Part shown: positions 32,239 through 44,400 of the stretch, one piece after another
Numbering within the stretch: the stretch's first letter is position 1
How the letters are laid out: every line of letters starts with the position of its first letter
Origin: Sminthopsis crassicaudata
Lineage: Eukaryota
Direction: 5' to 3'
NCBI RefSeq assembly: GCF_048593235.1
Contig: NC_133619.1
Coordinates: 642,608,558 to 642,672,557 of the forward strand
DNA: 64,000 nucleotides
Made by a program: the position numbers and the translations under genes
Notes under the pieces: model-generated
What the model saw: the letters and a program-made list of their open reading frames with translations, nothing else
Told to the model about the DNA's origin: nothing
Databases searched by the model: none

Positions 32239-35200
32239 TCCGAAAGGCTGGGCGCAGGCCGGCCAGCCAGCCGAGGGGGAGGCTCCCTCGCCCGCCATAG
32301 GAGGCAGGAACCCTCCCGGCCGGCTCCTTCCACCCGAACCCAGCCGAAATGCCACCAGAGTGTGGGAGGGGTCCCTCCTCGGCCGGTCCGCACAAGCCTC
32401 CGGAGCCGATACCGCCGAGCAGCTCCCCTCCTCAGCCGTCTTCCACAGGTAGGTTGGCTGCAGCCGGGGAGCCCGTCTGGGAAGAAGCCTGGGCGTATCC
32501 CCGGTCCTCCAGCGCCCCCATCTTTCCCCTCATCTCGGGCATCGACTCGCAATCCTGCGTATCTTCCCAGGGATTAACCATAGCTGACTCCCAAACTCCG
32601 GGGCTCTTCCCCTTTCCCTCAGAGAGCTGCCTAGGGGTGTCTACCGAAGCAAGGGAGCAGGACTTGAATGGCGGCCCCAGGGCTTCCATTAGTGGGGATT
32701 TCAGAATGGCTGACTTCTGCCCCACCTTAGAGCATTCCAGATGCCTTATTGAGCCCCAAACTCGCCCTGTGAAGGAAGTCCTTCAGATTTATCCCCAATT
32801 TCCAGACAGGAAAGGTGAGGTTTACCATGCTGCCCAGCCCACCCCCGTATCTGCATCCCTCGATTTCTGTTAGCTTCCCTGCCTTTTCCAGGTTATCGTC
32901 AGGCAAGGACGGGGCTGGGAGACCCCCCGCAGGCCCCTCAGCCTCTTGTTCGGCTCCTTCCCTCCGTCTCAGGGCCCCCCTCCATCCCCTGCTGGCCAGC
33001 CGCAGCAGGCCCCCAAGCTTCTCTAGAAGGGCAGCGGGCAGAGCCCAGCCCCCTCCCTCTCACTCCTTGCCTCGGCCCTGGGGAGGTGGAGCCATTCCTG
33101 CCCCAGGAGAGCTTCCTTTGGAGCCGATTGGTGAAGGGGGTGAGCTGGCCACTGAGACGCCCGGCTTCCCCGGCCCTCCAGGCTCGCGCTCCAGCCGCGG
33201 CACTCCCCGTCTCCCCCTCCCCAGTGCCCTGCGGGACCTTTGTGCGGGTCACCCCCACCATCCTGAGTGTCTCCAAGGCTCCCGGCTCCCATCTCTGGGA
33301 GCCCCAGAGGGGGGCCCTCCTCTTCGCCCCCAGCTGCCGTCTGGCTTTTCGGGGCTTTTTTGCACTTGAGTGGTTTTCTCCAATCACGCATAAAGAGCGT
33401 TTTTGATATTCATTTGTGTCCAATCCGGACGGCCAGATTTCTCTCCCCATCCCTCCCTCCCTCCCTCCCTCCTTCCACAAGACAGCAGTCACTTCCCACA
33501 CGGCTGCACACGCTGAGGAGGGAATCAGAACAGGGGACACGGAGCAAGGAAGCCGGGCTCCCGGCTCGGATGCAGATGGCCCATTCTGGGATCGCCCAAG
33601 CCGGCACATCCCTGAGGAGATCCGAGTCATCATCATGAGTCATCGTGGAGTAGTCTTGGTTTCGGGCCGGCTCTCCAGGTCTCTCAGCCCCAGCTCCCGG
33701 AAGTCTCGCCAGGCTTTCTGGAAATCCCGGGTTCTTCATTCCTTATAGTCTTCCTCACAGACCCCCACTTGTCCGGCCATTGCCCAACTGCTGGGGCCCC
33801 CCCAGAAAGAGGAGCTGCTGATATGTCCGTACACGTGGCCCCTTCCCTATGACCTAGGTGCAGCCGTCTGTGCTTTCCTCTGACCCGTTGGGGCTACGGC
33901 TGGAGCAGGGCGGCCTCCTGGCCGGGCCCTGCCAGCACTCTCTACTGCGATGCTTGGAACACAGTCATTTCCCTAACGTGCAGGTTAAGCCCACCTCCAT
34001 GAATCCCCTGAGGCCCCCAGGATCCAACTCCACTCCTCCCCGCAGCCCGCTGCTCCTCCGCCCTGGGTCCCCAGATGGTGGATGACCCAGAGTCCTCCCT
34101 CCCTGGCCGCCTGGAAGCTTCCCCTCTGTGGCAAGGCCCGTGCGGAGAGCACAACGTGGAGAAAGGAGCCGGGCCTCTGTGGCCGGTCCTGCCTTTCCCT
34201 GTGGCCCGGGACCTCGCTCCTCAGTCATTCCCGCCCAGTCCTCGGTCTCCCTGGGTCACATCTTTCTGGACGCAGAAGCCCCAGCTTGATCCTGGGGTGT
34301 CAAGGTCCACCCATTTGTTCCCTAACCAGAAGCATGTGCCCTGGTGGCCGCCCCCTTCCCAGCCGCCTGCAGTACTTGCTGTCTGGGGGGCTCAGTCTCT
34401 TAGGGGCTCACCCCATTTTCTCGTGGCCTGCTGCTACTGCAGCTTAGGGGGTGACAGCTCTTCCTGGCTCTGTCCCATAGATAGGTCTGGGGGTAGGGAG
34501 TCCACAGTGGGGGGTACTCTGGGGGGAACAGCCAGCATTTTTCCCAGAGGCTAGAGAGTCTGGAGGCTGAAGGGAGTCCCGGAGGCCCGAGGTAGTCCAG
34601 AGGCCGGAGGAAATCCAGAGGCCTCTCTAGCCCCATCTCTCGCTTGGGCCTCTGTCCACTGGGAACAAGTCACGCCGTTGTTGATTTTTGTCTCTTTCTA
34701 CCCTGATCGCAGGCAGATGATTAGTGGAGGCGGACCGGACCAGTGATGACCCTGGCAGGCCAGCCTGCTGGTCATCAGAGCAGCGGATGCAGCGAGGAGG
34801 CGGACCCGAGGAGAGTCTGGCAGGGAGTGGCCGGAGGCTGCTTGGGGTCCAGTCTGGGGGCTCTTGGAGCACAGGGCCGGTCTCCCCTTCTCAGTAAGCG
34901 TCCTCGGTGCCGGCTGGTTCGTCCCCGGGGACTCCTCATGGCCACCCCTAGAACTCTGGGCTGGGCCTGGCAGTGGAGGAGGCTCCCACTGTGGCCAGAG
35001 GGTCAGAGGGCAGGCCGCCTCGGCGGCTCCCCTTCCAGCTCGGGGATCGGCAAGGCCATAACCCTCTCACCTCTGTGCCAGAAAGCGCCCTTTGGGAGCA
35101 GCAGGCGCTGAGCCTGGCCGGTGTCTGCCTGACGTGACTCACACCCGGAGGGCCGTTTCCCTAGGCCGTCATCCCCGGACACAAAGGGGGAGGCGTGTGG

Positions 35201-35814
35201 GCAGATGGGGGGCCAGCCCCCCGCTCCCAGGCTGGAGAAGGGCCGCTGACCAAGGAGGCCCCTTCAGAGCCTCAGGCTGCACCCCTTCCCCCAAATCCCA
35301 GGCAAGTGCCTGAGCCTTCCTTGGGGGGGTCCTGTGGGAGAAGCCATTGCAAAGGGGATTTGGGGGTGCCTGGCAGAGAACCCCCCATGTGTCCAACCAC
35401 CCACGGCCTTGGGGGGTCCTGCAGGGGAGAGCCATGAGCAGGATGCGGTAACTGGGTGCGGGCGGCCAGGACCCTCTTTCACTGCGTCCCCCTCACGAGC
35501 TCGGTGGGTGGTGCTCACCCCACGTGCACTGGAGCCTGGGAACCCACACCCCAAATCGGAACTGCTTGCTGAGCCTGATTGGCAGCTCCTCCTCCCTTCG
35601 CCTTCTGTAATGACTGGGGAACCTTCGGGGGTCCTTGGGGGGATCCGCTGAACAGTCTGTCCCAGAATGCACTGGGGGACCGTCCCTATGTGAGGAACCC
35701 GCTGGGGTTATTAAACTGCTCATGTGGTCCTGAGGGAGCTCCTTCCCTTGTTGGCTGGTCCTTTGGGTGCGGGAGAGCCTCGGACGTGCCTTGGTTGGGG
35801 AACTGTGGAACCTG

Positions 35815-36055
35815 TGTCTGAGTTCTGGACCCTGTACTTGGGTTCTGAATCCTGTGCTCAGATTCTGGACCCCACACTTGAGTTCTGGACCCTATACTTG
35901 GGTTCTAGATCCCATGCTTGTGTTCTGGACCCCATGCTTGAGTTCTGGTTCCCATGCTTGGGTTCTGGACCCTGTGCTTGGGTTCTGGACCCCACGCTTG
36001 AGTTCTGGTTCCCATGCTTGGGTTCTGGACCTCATGCTTGCTTGGGTTCTAGAGC
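35815..36055. repeat. 20-bp minisatellite (about 12 copies)
   Basis: Unit (G/A)GTTCTGGACCCCATGCTTG and variants. Confidence 0.92.
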
Positions 36056-36874
36056 CTGCACTCCGGTTCCTTACAGAGCTGGCAGCCCTGTGAAAAGGTG
36101 ACACTACGAGGTTGTGCCAGACGAACCTTCCTGCTTTTGTCCGTCGGGGGAATGGGTCAGACTGGTTTTGCTTTGATGGGGGGGGGGGCAGATGACACGG
36201 ACGACACGCCTGCGCCCATGTGCCCCATGCCAGCAGGGAGGAGGGTGGACATTCCTGGTGTGGGACCTGGCCGGAGAAAATGCCAAGAGCCGGTGATGGA
36301 GGGAGGGCCAGGAGGCCGGGGTCACTGCTGGGGGTGGGGAGCCTGGCAAGCTGAGGGGTGGCTCAGGAAGGGGCCGAGAGGATGGCTCGTCTGCTTCTGG
36401 AGGCGATGGGGAGCCACTGAGGTCACGGAGGGGTCTTGGTTGGATGCTGTGCCACAGGTATGGGGGAGGGAGGCTGCAGAGGGGAAATCCACAGCCCGGG
36501 GCGCCATGTTGGATCTGATGGCTGCGACCCAGGAGCCCAGGATGACTTCTGTGTGGGAGCTGAAGGACTTTGGGGTAGGAGGGGGATTAAATGGGAAAGA
36601 ACGAGTTCCATTTGGGACCCTCTGAGGGTAAGATGTCTCCTGGCCATCGAGCCGGACATGGGGGCACGGATGGGAGCCGGCAGAGGGAGAGGGAGGGAAA
36701 GGGATGCTGGAGCCCCTTTGGCGGAGAGTCACCCCGGGCCAGAGTCCTGAGGGACGCCCAGGGTTAGAGGGCAGGAAAAGCCAGCCAAGGAGACCGGGAA
36801 GGGGGCGGCCGAGAGCTGGGAGGACGATGGCCAGGGAGGGCTCTCCCAACCCCTCGAGAGGAGAGGGCCCAGCT

Positions 36875-37095
36875 GCGCCCCGGGCTGCGGGGGACGGGCC
36901 CTGAGCAAAGGCCGGTGCATCTGGCCCTCTGAGGCCTCCGGTCACTTGGAGGGGGCAGTTGGGATGGAATGGGGGGGCAGCAGGCAGTCCAAGGGGTTAG
37001 GGAGCGGAGAGACGCCATCCTGGGACCAGAGTCAGCAGGGATGGAAGGGGCGCCAGGGCCCCGGGGAGGGATGGAGGGCAAGTGGGAGCTGGGGG
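36875..37095 (+). repeat. Diverged direct duplication, copy A (copy B at about 58070-58265)
   Basis: Shares CCTGAGCAAAGGCCGGTGCAT and an exact 42-mer, ACGCCATCCTGGGACCAGAGTCAGCAGGGATGGAAGGGGCGC (37012-37053 = 58181-58222). Confidence 0.9.
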
Positions 37096-37419
37096 TGATG
37101 GAGGGCCATCTGGGGGGAGGAGGATGGAGGGCATCCCTGCAGTGGGGGGGAAGGGGGCACTCGATCTAGAATAAGGGACGAGGAAGGGAGAGGGGGCAAG
37201 GGGTGGACGTGGGCTCCAACGGAGAGTCTGGGAGGTGGAGGGCTCCCTCCTGCTCCAGGCCTCGGGGGGCCCCCTTGAGCAGGGGTCCCTTTTGCCTCCC
37301 TGGGCCCTCTGAGCTGGCTCCGGCATGGTGCTGGCTGGCCTCCCGCTGTGGGTCTGGGAGAGACTGAGGCAGAGGGGCCGAAACCCCCGTGGGGCAAACC
37401 GGCACCCACAGGGCAGCTC

Positions 37420-37484
37420 CACGGGGGGCGGGGGGGGGGGGGGGGGCTGGGTCCTGGGGCGGAGCTTCCGGCGCATCCCACTTG
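37420..37484 (+). promoter_or_regulatory. Candidate NLRP promoter and non-coding exon 1
   Basis: Long G tract, GC box GGGGCGGAG, ETS CTTCCGG, and donor TTG|GTGAGG after 37484, about 960 nt upstream of the PYD ATG. Confidence 0.5.
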
Positions 37485-38446
37485 GTGAGGACCCCTTCCC
37501 GGGGCTCTCAGCCCCCTCCTTTGCCGTCCCCAGTGGTCAGCTCGGTGCTTGGCTCAGGGGGTTCCTTTTGTGACCCCAGTTGGGGTTTTCTTGGCAAAGA
37601 TATTGGGGTGAACTCAGGTCTTAGAAGCCAGGCTCTTCATGCTGGTGTATGGTTGGTGATTAATAAGTGCGCCTGCCAGGGCTCAGTGGGGGGGTGGGGG
37701 GAGGGGGCTCGGTCAGTGCGGCCCGGTTCCCCTCTGAGAGCCCCCCCCCACTCGGGACTCTCTCGAGTCAAAGCCTGATTTCCCCCAGCCAGCCCCAGAG
37801 CGGGGCTCCTTCTGGCCGCGGGGGTCAGGAGAAGGCTTCTACCCCACCCATTCGGGGGGCCGCCGCTTCCCCACGGGCTCCGGTAATAAAAACAGCCAGC
37901 AGCCCCTCGGGCCGGGTTCAGGGTCAGGCCACCGTTGGAGTCTCTTGGGGCCCAGCCTCTGAACCCCCCCCCCCCCCCCCCCGCCGAATTTAGGAACTGT
38001 TAGTAACTGCCATAAGCCGGCGGGGCTGGGGTGGGCTCCGGCGTGCTCCCTGGAAGAGCCAGAGTGGTGGCTGAGCTGGCCCAAAGAGGGGGCCCACTTA
38101 GCGACCCAGGAAGGGGGGCTGTCCCGTGGGCCAGAAACCCCTGAACCTCTGCCCTTGGGAGTGGGGGCAGGGACAATGGGGAGGGTGAGGCCCCGGGAGC
38201 CGGCTGCCCAGTGGGGGGCGGGGGCGCCGGGAAGGGGGGGGTGGGGGGCGCTGTTTTTTTTCTGTCCGCTGTGAAACCGGGAAGGGAAGATGTGGGTTCT
38301 AGGCTGTTTCCTCATTTTCCGGCCGCCCCGACACCGCCCAGCCCCCCGGGCAGAGTGCAGGGGCGGACGCGGCCCTCCAGTGAAGGGAGGAAGGGCCCCG
38401 CTGGGACACAGAGGGGAGGAACCGCTGCTCGGTCCGCGCCGCCGGG

Positions 38447-41400
38447 ATGGGGAGCAGCGCGTTCTTGTTGGCCAGCTACCTGGAGGAGCTCACGGCCCAG
38501 GAGTTCAAGAAGTTCAAGCTGGCGGTGGCGGCGGGGGGGCTCCCCCGGGGCCGCCTGGAGAAGGCGGACCCCGCGGACCTGGCCGGGCTCCTGGTCACCC
38601 ACCACGGGGCCGGGGGCGCCTGGCGACTGGCCCTGCGGGCCTGGCGGCAGATGGGCCTGAGGCGGCTCTGGGAGCTGGCCAGGAAGGAGGCTGCGCCCCC
38701 AGGTAAGGCAGCCCCGCCCTCGGGGAGGGACCGCCCCGCCCCCAGGCAAGGCAGCCCCGCCCTCGGGGAGGGACGGGCGCGCCGCCCCCAGGCAAAGCTG
38801 CCCCGCCCTCGGGGAGGGACCGCACCGCCCCAGGTAAGGCAGCCCCGCCCTCGGGGAGGGACCGCCCTGCCCCCAAGCAAACTGCTCCTCCCTCAGGGAG
38901 GGACGGGCGCCCTGCCCCAGGTAAGGCAGCCCCGCCCTCAGGGAGGGATGGGCGCGCGGTCCCCAGGCAAAAATGCCCCGCCCCAGGTAAGGCAGCCCCG
39001 CCCTCTGGGAGGGACCGCCCCGCCCAGCCAGTCGGGCCCACTCCTGGGCTGCCGCTGGGGGCTGGGCTGAGGTTTCCTGGGAGAGAAGTGAAAAATGGAA
39101 AGGGTTAACATCCTAAACCCGGGTGGGGGGGGGGGGGTGGGGGGGGTGGGGGGGGGGGCAACGGTTTTGTCAACTCTGGGAGACAGGCAGGAATGGGGGG
39201 AGGGGTGGGGAGCACCACGAGGGAACCTGCCCACTTTCCAGACTTTGGGACCCTGAGGGGGAGGAGCACCCCAGGCTGGAATACTTGGGGAGGAGGGGTG
39301 GGAGCACCCCAGGCTGGAACCCCTCCCAAGAAGGGGGCGAGGCCCTGTCTCCAGGTTGTTGAGCATCCTGCCCTGGAGCTGGTGCTGGGTGGAGGGGGCT
39401 GTCAAAGGCTGGGGGGGATCAGAGCAGCCCTGTCTGAGGCAGCTCCACCTTGGGGGTCAGTTATCCATGGAACAGAAGATCCCAGACAGGTGGAAGGGCT
39501 GGCGGGAGGGGCGTGGGAGCCCCCAGCCTTCCTCCAGGGAACACAGGAATACAGGCCTGGAAAGGGGACGGGGCTGCCCTCGGAGCCCCAGAGTCTGGTC
39601 CCAGAGCCCCTGGGGCGGGAGGTCAGGGTCCCAGCACAAGCCGCTTGGCTTCAGGCCTGGGCCCGGAGGCTGGCATTCCACACCCCTGGGAGCCTGGAGT
39701 CTAGAAGCCTGGCTTACCCTGCCCCGGGTGTCCCCTGCCTCAGAGCCCCCCTGCCCCGGGTCTCCCCTACCTGAGTCCCCCCACATGGGGGTCATCATGA
39801 TCCCAGGGTAGGATTCTGTGGGGGTTGGGGGCTCAGTTACTGAAGGGAGGGTGTTTGCCGTCCCCGAGTCAGGAGCCAGCCGCCCACCCGCTTCACCCGG
39901 GAGCTGTGGGGCCCAGACCCGGCTGAGGACCCTTGGAAGGAAGGCAGGACCAGGGAGGCTTCCCACGCTGGCCAGCCGGGTGACCCTGGGCACGTCCGCT
40001 CAGCTCCATCCGCCTCTCGGCTCAGTGCCGGGCGCTGGGCGGGCAAGCGGGGGGAGAGGGGTGGCCGAGGCCGGGGCCACCCCCAGCCTGCCGGACCTCC
40101 AGCCTGTCTCCCCCCTCCCCCTGTCCCCTCTGTCTCAGATGCTGCTGAGGCCCTCGGTGGGGACAGATCACAGTCGGGGGACGAGGCGTCTCCAAGGACA
40201 GAAGAGCCAGGTGAGTCTGTGCCTTGGGGGGCTCCAAGGGTCCAGGTGGAACAGTAGGGAGCCCTAAGCTGGGTATGGATCCCGGCAGCACCTGTGACCT
40301 CCCAGGCACGTTCTCCCCCTGCCCGGCTCCTCCACTCAGCCTCAGGTGAGAGCTGGGCAGAAGGAGCCAGCACGGGGCCTCCATGGCCTCCAGGGCTTCC
40401 TGCACTTCCGGGGCCTCCACAGCCTTATTTATGGGAATCTTGAACATGAAACAGAAAACATGAAAATAGGTGAATTTTGAAGAATATTCCATTACCAGCT
40501 TATCTTCCCTCTCTGCCCAGGACTAGTCCCCTAACTCCCTTCAGAAATGAACCAAGGGGCCTCTGCAAGGGAGAAGGATAGCACGATGCCTTCCAGGGGC
40601 CCAGGAGACAAGGATGGCAGCCAGGCCAGGGATCTGGGCTGGAAAGGCTGGGGAGTGTAGAGGGACGGAACTCTGGACAAGTGTGCTTGCAACAAGGGGT
40701 TAAGTCAGTGGAACTGATGTGATCATGGTTCTCTAGTTCATATATATCTAGTATGAAATAACGATATAGTCTCTCTCATCTGACATAACAATACAGTCAC
40801 TCTAATCTGATATAAAGGTACAGTCACTCTAATCTAATATAACGATACAGTCACTCTAGTCTGACATAATGGTACAGTCACTCTACTCTGATATAACGGT
40901 ACAGTCACTCTAATCTGATATTACGTTAGAGTCATTCTAGTCTGATATAATGGTACAGTCACTCTAGTCTGATATAGTGATACCGTCATTCTCATCTGAC
41001 ATAATGATATAGTCACTCTAGTCTGATATAACGATACAGTCACTCTAGTCTGATATAACGATACAGTCACTTTAATCTGATATAACGATACAATCACTCT
41101 AATCTGATATTATGTTAGAGTCATTCTAGTCTGATATAATGGTACAGTCACTCTAGTCTGATATAGTGATACCGTCATTCTCATCTGACATAATGATATA
41201 GTCACTCTAGTCTGATATAACGATACAGTCACTCTAATCTGATATAACGATACAGTCACTCTAGTCTGACACAATGATACAGTCACTCTCGTCTGATATA
41301 ATGGTACAGTCACTCTAATCTGATATTACGTTACAGTCATTCTAGTCTGATATAATGGTACAGTCACTCTAGTCTGATATAGTGATACCGTTATTCTCAT

Positions 41401-44400
41401 CTGACATAATGATACAGTCACTCTAATCTGACATAATGATACAATCACTCTAGTCTGATATAATGATACAGTCACTCTAGTCTGATATAAGGGTACAGTC
41501 ACTCTAGTCTGATATAACGATACAGTCACTCTAATCTGACATAATGATACAGTCACTCTAGTCTGATATAACGATACAGTCACTCTAGTCTGATATAATA
41601 ATACAGTCACTCTACTCTGATATAACGGTACAGTCACTCTAATCTGATATTACGTTAGAGTCATTCTAGTCTGATATAATGGTACAGTCACTCTAGTCTG
41701 ATATAGTGATACCGTCATTCTCATCTGACATAATGATACAGTCACTCTAGTCTGATATAACGATACAGTCACTCTAATCTGATATAACGATACAGTCACT
41801 CTAGTCTGACACAATGATACAGTCACTCTCGTCTGATATAACGGTACAGTCACTCTAATCTGATATTACATTACAGTCATTCTAGTCTGATATAATGGTA
41901 CAGTCACTCTAGTCTGATATAGTGATACCGTTATTCTCATCTGACATAATGATACAGTCACTCTAATCTGACATAATGATACAATCACTCTAGTCTGATA
42001 TAATGATACAGTCACTCTAGTCTGATATAACGGTACAGTCACTCTAGTCTGATATAACGATACAATCACTCTAATCTGATATAACGATACAGTCACTCTA
42101 GTCTGACATAATGATACAGTCACTCTAGTCTGACATAACGATACAGTCACTCTAGTCTGATATAACGATACAGTCACTCTAGTCTGATATAACGATACAG
42201 TCACTCTAATCTGACATAACGATACAGTCACTCTAATCTGACATAATGATACAGTCACTCTAGTCTGACATAATGATACAGTCACTCTAGTCTGATATAA
42301 TGATACAGTCACTCTAGTCTGATATAACGGTACAGTCACTCTAGTCTGATATAACGGTACAGTCACTCTAATCTGATATAACGATACAGTCACTCTAGTC
42401 TGACATAATGATACAGTCACTCTAGTCTGATATAATGGTACAGTCACTCTAATCTGATATAATGATTTACTCACTCTAGATTGGCTTATATGCTGTAATG
42501 ATGTAATTGTACTAGGGGATTTAAGGGCTGAAAGAACTGGGGACAGGTCTGTCAGTAAGAATGAATAGACAGTGAGGGAGACCATAAAGACACTAGATTC
42601 TATTCCTGACCATCCTCGTGGTATTTATCCTGCTGAGACCAAGGCCTGTCCGAAGGATCTCCAGAAAGGTAGCCCGGATATTATAGGTAATCAGCTTTAA
42701 CCCATTTCCCTGAGAAAGGCCTTGTTGTTTCCTAACCAGCAGCCATCTTTCTTTTACAAGAAGATATTCTGAGGATTCTGGACAGGGTTTTAGAGGCCAG
42801 AAAAATGTCATTTCCTCAGCTTTCTGTTTTTTTGAAAAGAAGAGGTCCTAAACGGGCTCCTACATTCCCCTATCACTCTTCTTTCCAGCTCCCCTGTTGG
42901 CCCATCACTCGTCTGACTCCTGTGTTCCTCCATCACTTTTCTTTTTGGCTCCTGCATTCGCCCATCACTCTTCCTTCCATCTCTCACGTTTGTTCATCAC
43001 TCTTCCTTCCCGCTCCTGTGTTCGCCCATCACTCTTCCTTCTGGCTCCCGTGTTTGCCCAGCACTCTTCCTTCCGTGTCTCTGATGGGCCTGTTGCTCTC
43101 TGGGTCCTGCCTCCCTTTGGGTTTCCTTACCTTAGTGTCTGGGCTGAAGCGCACCACTGGCTGTGCTCTCTTAGCATGGTCCTTGCACTGCTCAAGACAA
43201 GGTGTGTCCAGGAGAGATCTGCTGGGAAGTGGGCTTGACCAGACCCACGGCACCTGCCTTATTCTTTTTTTTCTCTCTTGGGGTTTTTTTCTCATCTTTC
43301 TTTTCCTTTGAACTTCTGTTCCCAGTGCTTTCTTCTCCATTTCCCCCCCCCCCCGGAGTCTTTATTTTAATTTTATTCTCTCTTGTTTAATTCATTGTGA
43401 GATGAGACTCATTTTAGAAGCATAGGATTTTGCGGCTATTCTGATTAGAGGAACCCGCGGCCCGGGGAGTTCAGCGCAACGCCACTATGGTGTCAGAAGC
43501 CTAGAGTTTGAATCACAGCTTCGAGTGGCTCGGGTCGACCTCTTCCTCTCTCTGTGACTCAGTGTCTACAAAATGGGGTGTTCTCACCCCTCTAGCTTTA
43601 TGTTTGAAGATTCAATTATTACAACTCCCAGCTTTTTTTTTCTTTTGGGGTCCTAAGGTTCAGTGAAGCAGGCGGGGAGGTCCAGGGGGTCAAAGCTGCG
43701 GGATGAGGGCCCCCCAGGAAGGGGGCAGGGAAGGTCCTCCAAACCCTTCATGATGGCCCAGCCCCCCCCCAGAATCACCTGCCTGGGAAATGGCGAAATA
43801 GGGGGGCTTGGCTGGCCAGACCGGCCCACTCATTCTTCCTGCCTTCAAATCAGGTCATGCGGAAAAGTACCGGGCCCGGGTGAAGAAGAAATTCCAGGTC
43901 CTGGAGGAGAGGAACGCACGCCTGGGTGAATGGGTCAACCTGAGCCAGCACTACACACGGCTACTGCTAGTGAAGGGCCACGCCAGTCCTTGGCACCGAG
44001 AGAAGGAGCTGTTGGCCTCTGGAGGGCTGCACGGCCTCCTCAGGGAGGAGCACCGAAGGCCCATCGAGCTGGAGACTCTCTTTGATGCCGATATGGGGGA
44101 GGCGGGCAGCCCCATCACCACCGTGGTGCTGCAGGGGGTGGCCGGCATTGGCAAGACCACCCTGGCCCGGAAGGTGCTGCTGGACTGGGCCGCGGGCACT
44201 CTCTACCCCGGCCGCTTTGACTACGTTTTCTATGTCAACTGCCGGACCGTGGAGGTGCTGGCCCCCCTGAGCGTGGCCGAGCTGCTGTCAGGGTGGCTGG
44301 AAGCCACAGGCCCAGGCTCCGGGCCTGCCCCGGTGCCAGCCCTGCTGGCCCGGCCCGAACGCCTGCTCTTTGTCTTTGATGGCTTTGATGAGCTTCTGTG

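Noticed and set aside
32300-37400. Expected A1BG/DM43-like Ig-domain exons after ZNF497
   Set aside because: No Ig-fold signatures (paired Cys with WxC/YxC motifs) were seen in the plus frames I inspected. A frameshift-aware search is needed to exclude remnants.
41110-42585. Repetitive YQTRVTVSL ORFs
   Set aside because: Translations of the 27-bp satellite, broken by periodic stops, with non-ATG starts.
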